Positions 10,135 through 19,423 of a stretch of DNA of 64,000 bases are shown in pieces. Numbering within the stretch: the stretch's first letter is position 1; each line of letters starts with the position of its first letter. The notes beneath the pieces are model-generated. The model saw only the letters and a program-made list of their open reading frames with translations, ran no database searches and was not told where the DNA came from. A program made the position numbers and the translations under genes. Origin of the DNA: Gammaproteobacteria bacterium (GTDB lineage Bacteria; Pseudomonadota; Gammaproteobacteria; Eutrophobiales; Eutrophobiaceae); the NCBI GenBank assembly GCA_965243205.1, contig CBDEUK010000002.1:576001-640000 (forward strand), in the 5' to 3' direction.

Positions 10135-12156
10135 ATGAGATTTTTAACTTACAGCATACTGCTGTTTATGTTTTGTATTAGCTATAAAAGCTATAGCAAA
10201 GAACAGTTTTATGAATTAGATATCAATTACAAAACTACCAATATTACTGGTGAATCTATAGAAGCTATGTTGATTAACAATCAATTACCAGGACCAGTTT
10301 TAGAATTTACTGAAGGTGATGTCGCGATTATAAAAGTCAACAACCATTTAAGATCTGATGCCTCTATTCATTGGCACGGTTTATTATTACCACAAGATCA
10401 AGACGGTGTACCTTATATCACCTATTACCCAATCAAACCTGGAGAAAGCTTTACTTATCGATTTCCAATAACTCATACAGGAACTTATTGGTATCATTCA
10501 CATACCTTAATTGATGAACAACGTGGACAATATGGTTCTATCATTATTCATCCAAAACAAAAACGTAATTTAAAATACGATCATGATGTGGTAGTCCAAT
10601 TATCAGACTGGACTAATGAGAGCCCTGTTCAAGCATTACGCAATTTGAAAAAAAATGGCGACTGGTATTCTTTAAAAAAGAACTCTGTCATCAGTTTATA
10701 TGGTTATTTGGAACACAATGCCTTTTCTAATTGGCTTAGTAACCGTTGGATGCGTATGGATGGAATGGATGTTAGCGATGTTGGATATGACGCATTTTTA
10801 GCTAATGGGGTTGCGCAACTAAAACTATTAGCTAACGCTAAAGCAGGAGACGTTATAAGACTTCGTTTTATTAATTCTGCAGCTTCTAGTTATTTTCGTT
10901 TAGAACAAAGTAATACACCGTTTACAGTAATTAACGCAGACGGTATTGATGTCCAACCTATTACTGTCGATAAAATTTTAATGGGTATGGCAGAAACCTA
11001 TGATGTTTTAGTCACAGTTCCAGAATCAGGAGGATTAGAAATCAATGCCAATAATATCGATGGCACGGGAAAAGCTTCGATTAGAATCGGTTCTGGAAAG
11101 TTTATAGCAGCCCCATTACCGATAAAACCTAATCTATATGCTAAGATGAATCATGGCTCGCATACAATGATACATAATAAAAATAATAATAAGGAACATC
11201 ATCATAAGCATCATAACAAACATAATAAAAAACAACTGAGTTATAAGATGCTAAAAACTGTTACTCCAATAAAATATGAAGGCAAAGTAAGAACCATAAA
11301 ACTTGATTTAACAGGTGATATGGAAAGCTATAATTGGAATTTTAATAACACACCATTAACCGATGCTGATGTCATAAAAATCAAGCGGGGAGATGTTGTT
11401 CGTTTCGAACTTAATAATAAAACCATGATGCGACATCCTCTTCATTTACATGGTCATTTCTTTAAGGTGATTTCTGGAAATGAAGAATATGATGTATTAA
11501 AACATACCGTTGATATTGGACCAATGGAAAAAGTAACCATCGAGTTTACTGCTAACGAAGAGAAAGATTGGTTTTTTCATTGCCATAATCTTTATCATGC
11601 TAAAACAGGCATGGCTAGAGTTATCCGTTATCATGATTATCCAGGTAACTCTGACTTTATAAAAGCAAAGAAAACCAGTAATGAAATCATGGATGACGAT
11701 TGGTATTCACGATTAGATTTAAGCTTATATAATAATTTTATCGCTGGTAAATTACGTCTTAGTAATTTTCATTATAGTATCGAAATAGATTCAGAACGAG
11801 CAGATTGGCAAGAAAACCAAATTCATTTATCTATTAACCGAAGGGTAAATCGTTGGACTCGTGTTTTTATTGGAAGTGAATACGAAACTGACAAAGGCAC
11901 AGAATATCAATTAGGTATCCGCTATCACACGCCTTTTTCTTTTGAAACAGCTGTATGGCTGAACGATGAGCTAGAACCCAATGGCCGTTTAGGAACTGAA
12001 TTGCAACTAACGAAACATATTGTAACAGAATTTAGTATCGATACAGAGGATGATTGGTTTTTTGATATAGAATATCGTTTCTCGCCTAATATAAGTTTAA
12101 ATACAGGAGTCAGAGATAATTCCGATTGGGGAGTAGGTATTAAATTGATATTTTAA
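10135..12156 (+). CDS. Multicopper oxidase (CopA-like) with His-rich linker and C-terminal putative beta-barrel domain
   Basis: HWHG, WYHSH, HPLHLHGH, HCHNLYH..M copper motifs; extra C-terminal domain ending WGVGIKLIF. Confidence 0.9.
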   Translation: MRFLTYSILLFMFCISYKSYSKEQFYELDINYKTTNITGESIEAMLINNQLPGPVLEFTEGDVAIIKVNNHLRSDASIHWHGLLLPQDQDGVPYITYYPIKPGESFTYRFPITHTGTYWYHSHTLIDEQRGQYGSIIIHPKQKRNLKYDHDVVVQLSDWTNESPVQALRNLKKNGDWYSLKKNSVISLYGYLEHNAFSNWLSNRWMRMDGMDVSDVGYDAFLANGVAQLKLLANAKAGDVIRLRFINSAASSYFRLEQSNTPFTVINADGIDVQPITVDKILMGMAETYDVLVTVPESGGLEINANNIDGTGKASIRIGSGKFIAAPLPIKPNLYAKMNHGSHTMIHNKNNNKEHHHKHHNKHNKKQLSYKMLKTVTPIKYEGKVRTIKLDLTGDMESYNWNFNNTPLTDADVIKIKRGDVVRFELNNKTMMRHPLHLHGHFFKVISGNEEYDVLKHTVDIGPMEKVTIEFTANEEKDWFFHCHNLYHAKTGMARVIRYHDYPGNSDFIKAKKTSNEIMDDDWYSRLDLSLYNNFIAGKLRLSNFHYSIEIDSERADWQENQIHLSINRRVNRWTRVFIGSEYETDKGTEYQLGIRYHTPFSFETAVWLNDELEPNGRLGTELQLTKHIVTEFSIDTEDDWFFDIEYRFSPNISLNTGVRDNSDWGVGIKLIF

Positions 12157-12162
12157 AACTTA

Positions 12163-14049
12163 TCAATACAACTCAATTTCTGTAGCGACTTCCAGTGCTT
12201 TTTTTGCTAGCTTTTTATGTTCACCTTTATTACCGATTACAAAAAAAGCACCTGGTCCTTCAATCGTATCTGCAATTTTATGAATCAAATTATCCATTGA
12301 TTTATGCCACTTTGCCTTACAAATAAAAACATAAACAGGTTCATCTTCAAATATCTTAACTTTTTTACGGCAAACCCAAATTCGATCAAGTCCATCCATT
12401 TCAACTAACTGTTTGCGTAAATAATCAATCCACTCTTCATTTAATTCATCAGTAATAAATTCATCTTTATCATACAAATCTGCTCGTTCTAGTTGCGCTT
12501 TATTTTGTAAATCAATATGCGACTCAGCGCGTAATCGATATTCTTCCGCGCGATGTTTATCATCCTTTTGTAAGAAATAATCATAAGCCAATTCACAAGC
12601 AGGAATCACAGCCCTATGATAGTTCATACTTTTATCTAGAAACTCTAGACCAGAAAGGTCATCCTTAGCTAATAATAGGCGACCTATTGCATAATTCGCT
12701 CCTGCATCATCTGGATATTGTTGTAAAAATGTTTGATACAAAGGTAATGCATCGATATTGGGTTTTAATTCTTCCGTCCATGCAGCCAAATTCCATAATT
12801 CATCTGCATTTAATTCTTCGTTTTTTTGTTTTTCTTCTAACTTATCAAGTTCTTCTTTACTCTTTTGTAAGTAATCATAGCGATCTCGCCACCATTGTTC
12901 ATTGTTACTAGCCCAATCATGATCAAAATCTTGTAAGATTTCCGATAATTTATTTCCGAACACTACTTCAGCGGCGCTTTTATCAGGGAGTGTTGGTAGT
13001 GTGAAATTTTGTGTATATGGACTAACTCGATCTTTTAAACAAGGATGTGTATTGGTATGTTCTGTGGTTTCTTTAAGAGCTTTGTTTAATAAATCACGTT
13101 TCTCTTCTTGTTTAAATGGTTTCGATTTTAAACGCTGAAATAAACCTGTATAAATCTTATTATTAATTTCATCTGTTTTACCAACTTCTTTTTCTACTTC
13201 TGACCAATAATATTTATCGATTAAATCAGGGGCAACATGCGCTTGACTCAAAGCTGTTGCAAACGCTTCTTTTGAAGTTAATCGAACCGCCACTGAATCC
13301 GCTTCGTATTCATTGTTTCTCGCTAATGCAAACGAATAGGCATTAAAATAAGGCGCATACCAATCAAAAAAACGACCGAAAATAATATGCCCTGCTCCAC
13401 CAACTTGATCAAATGCATCCATAATACGCATCCATGTCATTCTGACACGATAGATCCAACCAGCAAAAACACTATGATTACCAGAGAGATGCCCATATTC
13501 ATGAGCCACAACAGAAACAAACTCGTCTTTATTCATAGACATCATCAACGATAAACCCAGTATTAACGTATTTTTATTCCAGCCAAAAATACCAAGCCTG
13601 GGAGTTTGTACAATCGCAGCATTAAATTCAGAAGTTAATATCACTTCATGAATTTTAGGTGCCTTAAGTTTTTTACTGATCTTGTCTAATAACTTAAACA
13701 ATTTTGGATATTCAGAACGACTTAGAATGTAACCTGTTGGCGCTTCTAGTTTAACCCATAATGCTTTAATCAATACATAAAACACCATGAGAAGAACGAT
13801 AATTAATTTTTTCTTAATTAATAATAATAAAAATACCGAGCTGTGAATTGCACCTAAAACACAAAGTCCAATTAATAATAGAGTAAAAATTAACACACCA
13901 AAAATATAGGCATAACCAAGCCCTGCCAACATGCCTAGTTTTCGTTTATAGGCTGATGGGTTATTTTTAAAATTCTCTTCGGCTTGTTCTATGAGTTGAT
14001 GAAAATCTTTGCGTCTTTCGGTGGTTGTTTTGCCAGACATTGGTGCCAC
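12163..14049 (-). CDS. M48 family membrane Zn-metallopeptidase with helical/TPR-like C-terminus
   Basis: N-terminal TM helices, FNAA, AHEYGH, EYEAD, THP motifs. Confidence 0.85.
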   Translation of the reverse strand: MAPMSGKTTTERRKDFHQLIEQAEENFKNNPSAYKRKLGMLAGLGYAYIFGVLIFTLLLIGLCVLGAIHSSVFLLLLIKKKLIIVLLMVFYVLIKALWVKLEAPTGYILSRSEYPKLFKLLDKISKKLKAPKIHEVILTSEFNAAIVQTPRLGIFGWNKNTLILGLSLMMSMNKDEFVSVVAHEYGHLSGNHSVFAGWIYRVRMTWMRIMDAFDQVGGAGHIIFGRFFDWYAPYFNAYSFALARNNEYEADSVAVRLTSKEAFATALSQAHVAPDLIDKYYWSEVEKEVGKTDEINNKIYTGLFQRLKSKPFKQEEKRDLLNKALKETTEHTNTHPCLKDRVSPYTQNFTLPTLPDKSAAEVVFGNKLSEILQDFDHDWASNNEQWWRDRYDYLQKSKEELDKLEEKQKNEELNADELWNLAAWTEELKPNIDALPLYQTFLQQYPDDAGANYAIGRLLLAKDDLSGLEFLDKSMNYHRAVIPACELAYDYFLQKDDKHRAEEYRLRAESHIDLQNKAQLERADLYDKDEFITDELNEEWIDYLRKQLVEMDGLDRIWVCRKKVKIFEDEPVYVFICKAKWHKSMDNLIHKIADTIEGPGAFFVIGNKGEHKKLAKKALEVATEIELY

Positions 14050-14124
14050 TTTCCTTATTATTTATTTTCTGTTTTACGATTTATCTAAATTATGTTTTTA
14101 GTTTTTAATCAATACACTAGACAA

Positions 14125-14152
14125 TAATCGGCATGTTGGCTCTATTTTTTTA
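14125..14152 (-). promoter_or_regulatory. Candidate sigma28 (FliA) promoter for the M48 peptidase
   Basis: Minus strand TAAA-N16-GCCGATTA (consensus spacing N15). Confidence 0.4.
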
Positions 14153-14201
14153 ATTTTTTGAGATATAATCCCGAAATATTTCAGTAATATAACGTTAGTT
14201 C

Positions 14202-15479
14202 ATGAACATAGCATTAAAAACTCTGGGTTGCCGTTTGAATGAGGCCGAATTACAAACATGGGCCCGAGACTTTCAACAGCGCGGACATGTCATTTCTAAA
14301 AATACAGAAGACGCCGATCTGATTATTTTAAATACCTGTGCTGTCACTCAAGAATCTGTAAAAAAGTCTCGGCAGCTGATCCGTAAAACTCATCGTAATA
14401 ATCCAAAGGCTAAGTTAGTGGTCAGCGGTTGTTACGCCAGCCTGGATGAGAAAATACAAAATGATATCGAAGGCATTGATCTAGTTATTAATAACAAAGA
14501 TAAAGATAAACTCGTCGATATTGCTAGCGAGATACTCGAAGTACCTTCCATGCCGAGCGAGGCAACCACGCCAGGTGAATTCAGTTTGTTTTCTCCGAAT
14601 CGTTCCAGAGCATTTGTTAAAGTTCAAGATGGTTGTCGCTATCGTTGCACCTTTTGTATTGTCACAGTAGCTCGTGGTGAAGAACGCAGTCGAACTATTC
14701 ATGATGTTATTAATGAAATAAATGCATTGGCTGAATCAGGCGTTAAAGAAGTTGTTCTGACAGGTGTTCATATCGGGGGATATGGTAGCGATATCGAACA
14801 AGATTTATATACTTTAATTAAAACAGTCTTAGAACAAACCGATATACCTCGTTTACGTTTAGGTTCTGTTGAACCTTGGGACTTGCCTGAAAATTTTTTT
14901 GAATTATTCGATAATCCACGTTTCATGCCACATCTACACCTGCCATTACAAAGCGGTTGTGATTCTGTTTTAAAAAGAATGGCCCGTAGATGTAAAACCG
15001 ACGATTATCGCACTCTTATCGAACATGCTCGAAATTCGGTTAAAGACTTTCTGGTAACAACAGATATCATTGTCGGCTTTCCAGGAGAAACCGATGAGGA
15101 ATGGCAAACGACAATGCAATATATTGAATCCATAGGATTTTCTCATATTCATATTTTCACTTACTCACCTCGCGAAGGTACTAAAGCAGCAGGACTCTCC
15201 CAACAAGTACCTCATGAAATAAAAAAACAGCGTAGCCAGCAACTACATGATTTAGCATCTGAAATGAAACAGCAGTTTTTACAACAGGCCTTAAATCAGA
15301 GTTATGAAATTCTTTGGGAAAATAGAACCGATAAAATACAAGAAAACAAAATCCAATATTTCGGTTATACACCTAATTTTTTACGTATAAGCAAAATTTG
15401 TACAGACAACTCTAATTTGCAAAACATCATTACAACTGAAATACCTTCTTCTACATCTCGAGAGGAATTATTCATATAA
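14202..15479 (+). CDS. mtaB: tRNA t6A37 methylthiotransferase
   Basis: TLGCRLNEAE, NTCAVT, KVQDGCRYRCTFC, YSPREGTKAA. Confidence 0.88.
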   Translation: MNIALKTLGCRLNEAELQTWARDFQQRGHVISKNTEDADLIILNTCAVTQESVKKSRQLIRKTHRNNPKAKLVVSGCYASLDEKIQNDIEGIDLVINNKDKDKLVDIASEILEVPSMPSEATTPGEFSLFSPNRSRAFVKVQDGCRYRCTFCIVTVARGEERSRTIHDVINEINALAESGVKEVVLTGVHIGGYGSDIEQDLYTLIKTVLEQTDIPRLRLGSVEPWDLPENFFELFDNPRFMPHLHLPLQSGCDSVLKRMARRCKTDDYRTLIEHARNSVKDFLVTTDIIVGFPGETDEEWQTTMQYIESIGFSHIHIFTYSPREGTKAAGLSQQVPHEIKKQRSQQLHDLASEMKQQFLQQALNQSYEILWENRTDKIQENKIQYFGYTPNFLRISKICTDNSNLQNIITTEIPSSTSREELFI

Positions 15480-15560
15480 TTGATTATTTCCCTTTATATT
15501 TACGAAACATGAATTAAAATTATTAATAACTCTATATAAATAAGATAGCGCATAGGAATC

Positions 15561-17345
15561 ATGCTCAACACTATTAATTCAGTTTCAGGACAGCAACAAT
15601 TAACGTTAGATTATGTCTTAAATCAGCTAATCAATGATAAATTAATTACTCAACAACAACGCAATCAATTTCTCAGTATTTCAAGAGAACATGATGCTTC
15701 CAAACATCCATTAATCATTTTAGCCAATCAAAATTGGCAAGCAGCAGTTAATCCTCCTTACCCATTAAATTTGGAAGAATTAACTCGCTGGTTAGCAAAA
15801 AAAGTTTCCCAAGAATATATAAAAATAGATCCTTTAAAAATAGATGTTGCCAAAATCACAGGCGTTGTTTCCCAAGCTTATGCATCAAAATTAAAAATCT
15901 TACCTATCGATGTAAGCGATACTCAAATAACCGTTGCCACGTGTGAACCGTTTATTGATCACTGGGAAAATGAATTATCAAAAATTGCAAACCTTTCTAT
16001 TAAACGTGTTTTAATTAATCCGAAAGATCTTGAACGGTATTTGGTCGAGTTTTTTGGAGTAAGTCGTTCAATTCTTGGAGCAGTTTCTGATAAGTCTGGA
16101 GAAACATTATCTAAAATAACTAACTTCGAACAATTAATTGAAGTTGGCAAGATGGGTGAGCCTGATGCTAATGATAGACATGTCGTTAGCATTGTGGATT
16201 GGTTATTACAATTTGCATTTGAACAACGTGCTAGTGATATCCATTTAGAACCACGCCGTCAGCAAGGTAAAGTTCGATTTAGAATTGATGGCGTCATGCA
16301 TAATGTTCATGAGTTTCCTGAAATTATCTTGAATGCCATTACTAGCAGATTAAAATCTTTAGGTCGCATGGATGTAACTGATAGAAGACGACCTCAAGAT
16401 GGTCGTATAAAAACCAAATCTCCTGCTGGCAAAGAAATCGAAATGCGTTTGTCTACCATGCCAACGGCTTTTGGCGAAAAAATGGTGTTACGTATTTTTG
16501 ATCCTGATATGTTATATAAAAACTTTCAGCAATTGGGTTTCACCAAACATGACCAACAGTTATGGCATAACATGACTGAAAAACCACATGGAATTATATT
16601 AGTTACTGGCCCAACCGGTTCTGGTAAAACTACAACACTTTATTCTTCTTTACGGATTCTCGCTAAACCTGAATTAAATGTATGCACCATAGAAGATCCA
16701 ATCGAGATGGTCGATCCCACATTAAATCAAATGCAAGTGCAACAAAATATAAATGTAGATTTTGCAACTGGCGTTAAGACTTTATTACGACAAGATCCAG
16801 ATATCATAATGATTGGCGAGATACGCGATAAAGAAACCGCTGATATGGCAATACAAGCTGCTCTAACTGGACATTTAGTCTTATCTACACTACATACAAA
16901 TGATGCGCCATCAGCAATCACCCGTTTAATTGATATTGGTGTACAACCTTTTTTAATCAGTGCAACTTTGTTAGGCGTCCTTGCGCAACGATTAGTACGT
17001 ACACTATGCCCACATTGTAAACAACCAACTAAACTTGATGAAAATGCTTGGCATCAATTTTGTCATCCGTTAAAAATTAAAGTACCTAATAATGCATGTA
17101 AACCTGTTGGTTGTGATGAATGTCGCCATACAGGGTATAAAGGACGAACGGGTATTTATGAAGCCTTTACTTTAAACAAAACAATGAAAAAATTAGTATC
17201 GGATAAAACCGAATTAATTCCTTTGCGCAATGCTGCACTTAAAGATGGAATGCGCAGTTTACGTTATTCAGGAGCTCATAAAGTAGCAGAAGGGTTAACA
17301 ACATTGGAAGAGTTGTATACTGTCTTGCCTATCCATGAAGAATAA
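15561..17345 (+). CDS. GspE/PilB family assembly ATPase (orphan)
   Basis: ASDIHLEP, GPTGSGKTT, TIEDPIE, LRQDPD, GHLVLSTLHTN, CPHC..CDEC. Confidence 0.92.
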   Translation: MLNTINSVSGQQQLTLDYVLNQLINDKLITQQQRNQFLSISREHDASKHPLIILANQNWQAAVNPPYPLNLEELTRWLAKKVSQEYIKIDPLKIDVAKITGVVSQAYASKLKILPIDVSDTQITVATCEPFIDHWENELSKIANLSIKRVLINPKDLERYLVEFFGVSRSILGAVSDKSGETLSKITNFEQLIEVGKMGEPDANDRHVVSIVDWLLQFAFEQRASDIHLEPRRQQGKVRFRIDGVMHNVHEFPEIILNAITSRLKSLGRMDVTDRRRPQDGRIKTKSPAGKEIEMRLSTMPTAFGEKMVLRIFDPDMLYKNFQQLGFTKHDQQLWHNMTEKPHGIILVTGPTGSGKTTTLYSSLRILAKPELNVCTIEDPIEMVDPTLNQMQVQQNINVDFATGVKTLLRQDPDIIMIGEIRDKETADMAIQAALTGHLVLSTLHTNDAPSAITRLIDIGVQPFLISATLLGVLAQRLVRTLCPHCKQPTKLDENAWHQFCHPLKIKVPNNACKPVGCDECRHTGYKGRTGIYEAFTLNKTMKKLVSDKTELIPLRNAALKDGMRSLRYSGAHKVAEGLTTLEELYTVLPIHEE

Positions 17346-17358
17346 ATTAGTTTAATCA

Positions 17359-17694
17359 TTAATGTACTTTCATACCGGAAAAACCAGTAATAGCAACGAC
17401 CCCAATCACAATAAATATCATTCCTAATATTGCCGCCAAATCTGGCTTTTGATCAAAAATAATCATTCCGAATATAGCAACTAAAACAATACCAGCACCA
17501 GCCCAGATAGAATAAGCGATGGCAACAGGAATCTTATCTAGTGTTAACGATAGAAAATAAAAAGAAACAGCATAACCTCCTGCAGCGAGCAAACATGGTA
17601 TTAATTGTGTAAAACCTTCTGTAGCTCTTAATGAAATTGTACCAACTACTTCACAAACAATTGCAATTGATAAATATAAATAATACATAATCAT
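17359..17694 (-). CDS. SMR family efflux transporter (EmrE/QacE-like)
   Basis: Four TM helices, Glu in TM1 (CEVVGT), IPVAIAYSIWAG. Confidence 0.9.
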   Translation of the reverse strand: MIMYYLYLSIAIVCEVVGTISLRATEGFTQLIPCLLAAGGYAVSFYFLSLTLDKIPVAIAYSIWAGAGIVLVAIFGMIIFDQKPDLAAILGMIFIVIGVVAITGFSGMKVH

Positions 17695-19184
17695 TCATTC
17701 CTATTTTTCAAACAATACGTTCCTAAAAGAACAATCGTTAGGTTAATTGTTAAGCCATATAATCCAGGATGAAAGCCATATAGCTTACCTGATTTTACTT
17801 GCTCAAAACCACCAAAGGCAATTATCAATGATATAAAAATACCGACTAATAACCCTAATATAATGTAATAAGCTTTTATTGATTTAAAATGCATGCTCAA
17901 TATAAACGCTGGCACCAACTGTATAAGCAAATCAAATTTCCTATCTAATAAGCTCAATAAAGAGGCTTTATCTTGTAAATAAATTGCAAAAAATATTAAT
18001 AGTACTACTAATGTCCATGAACATAGTTTCGCAATAAAGGTTAACTCTGATTCTTTCGCTTGAGGATTGATAAACCCTGCATAGATATCCTTACTTAACA
18101 TTGAAGAAATACTTAGCAAGGCAGAATCAGCAGTTGACATCATAGCCGCCAAAGCCGCAGAAAATAATACAACGACTAACCAATACCCCAGCAATGAACC
18201 TTGTTGAATTTCGAGTAACAATCGTGCAAAAATTTGATCGCTACCAACACCTTCTAAACCTGGAATATATGCAATTGCATAAATCCCCGCAACAACAGCA
18301 ACTAAAGTAGTTGTTAATGGTATAAATGCCATAATAGCCATGCTATGACGTAACACTCTTGCTGAACTTGCAGAATAAATTCTTTGAATAGCTTGAGGAT
18401 AAAGCGAGCCAGCTAATCCAACGAGTAAAATGTAACTTATCCATTCACGTATGCGATTAGCATCTGGTAATTGAGATTTTTCTTGTATCGATTTGTCGAA
18501 TGATGATTGTATTGTTTCGCTAGCTAATTGAATACTTCCGTAATGTTGATGTAATACAAATAGCAGAATAGCAAATCCAGCCATTAATACGATACCTTGT
18601 ATAGCATCAGTCCATGCTATCGCTCTCATACCACCTAATGTTCCATAAATAACCATGATAATCGTAAGTAAAATCACTCCAAATAAATACGCCTGGAATG
18701 GATCGCCACTTGATAAGCCTTGAATCGCTCTTCCCATTGCCATTAATTGAGCTAAAAAATAATTACTTAAAACAATAATCATTATTAAAGCCGCTAATAA
18801 ATTTAACGCCTTAGACTGGAAGCGATAGTTTAAATAGTCAACGGGAGTGATAAACGAATGTTGTTTGGCAAGATGATAAAGTTTTGGCGCATAGAATTGA
18901 TAACAAATTATTATTGCTGTCATAAATTGTACGCACATTATCCAAACAAAACCTACTCGATAGGTTTTTCCTGTATATCCAAAAAAGGTATTACCACTAT
19001 ATTGTGTTGCATATAATGTTAAAAATAATATCAAAACTCCAAAACTAGAACCCGCTAAATAGAAATCCGATAGTGTATTTTCTTTTCTTGAACGATAGCC
19101 CAACCAACCTATGAGTAAGAAACTTGCTAAATAAACAATAATAAAAACCCAAGCTGAAAAATTAAACGGTGTTAATGACTGCAT
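17691..19184 (-). CDS. Sodium:solute symporter (PanF/PutP-like)
   Basis: DFYLAG, ATQYSGNTFFG, GGMRAIAWTD, AAMMSTADS; many TM segments. Confidence 0.9.
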   Translation of the reverse strand: MQSLTPFNFSAWVFIIVYLASFLLIGWLGYRSRKENTLSDFYLAGSSFGVLILFLTLYATQYSGNTFFGYTGKTYRVGFVWIMCVQFMTAIIICYQFYAPKLYHLAKQHSFITPVDYLNYRFQSKALNLLAALIMIIVLSNYFLAQLMAMGRAIQGLSSGDPFQAYLFGVILLTIIMVIYGTLGGMRAIAWTDAIQGIVLMAGFAILLFVLHQHYGSIQLASETIQSSFDKSIQEKSQLPDANRIREWISYILLVGLAGSLYPQAIQRIYSASSARVLRHSMAIMAFIPLTTTLVAVVAGIYAIAYIPGLEGVGSDQIFARLLLEIQQGSLLGYWLVVVLFSAALAAMMSTADSALLSISSMLSKDIYAGFINPQAKESELTFIAKLCSWTLVVLLIFFAIYLQDKASLLSLLDRKFDLLIQLVPAFILSMHFKSIKAYYIILGLLVGIFISLIIAFGGFEQVKSGKLYGFHPGLYGLTINLTIVLLGTYCLKNRNE

Positions 19185-19204
19185 ATTCTGAAGAGATATT
19201 TAAT

Positions 19205-19423
19205 CTATTCTTCCCCAGGCCAAGAAGTGGTTAGTAAAAGAAAAGCCGTATAACAACTGATAAGAAAAGAAACAAAAATAGAAGCTACTACCCATAGAGG
19301 TAAACCTAAAAATAATTTCTTACCAAATTCTCCCCAATACCAAGGAATCGCAAATAAAAATAAAATTAAATAAATAAGAACGTTCTTTATCATATAAATA
19401 TTTTTATGACTCGAAGTAATCAC
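19205..19423 (-). CDS. Small two-TM symporter accessory protein (DUF997/DUF3311-like)
   Basis: IPWYW..FLGLPLWV, immediately upstream of the symporter gene. Confidence 0.7.
   Translation of the reverse strand: MITSSHKNIYMIKNVLIYLILFLFAIPWYWGEFGKKLFLGLPLWVVASIFVSFLISCYTAFLLLTTSWPGEE

Noticed and set aside
11149-11232. CAT/AAT-rich stretch as a tandem repeat or array
   Set aside because: It is the coding His/Asn/Lys linker of the oxidase, with no regular repeat-spacer period
7359-12156. Integrative island inserted at tRNA-Thr
   Set aside because: No integrase and no duplicate of the tRNA 3' end was seen in the window; only AT-rich spacers suggest it
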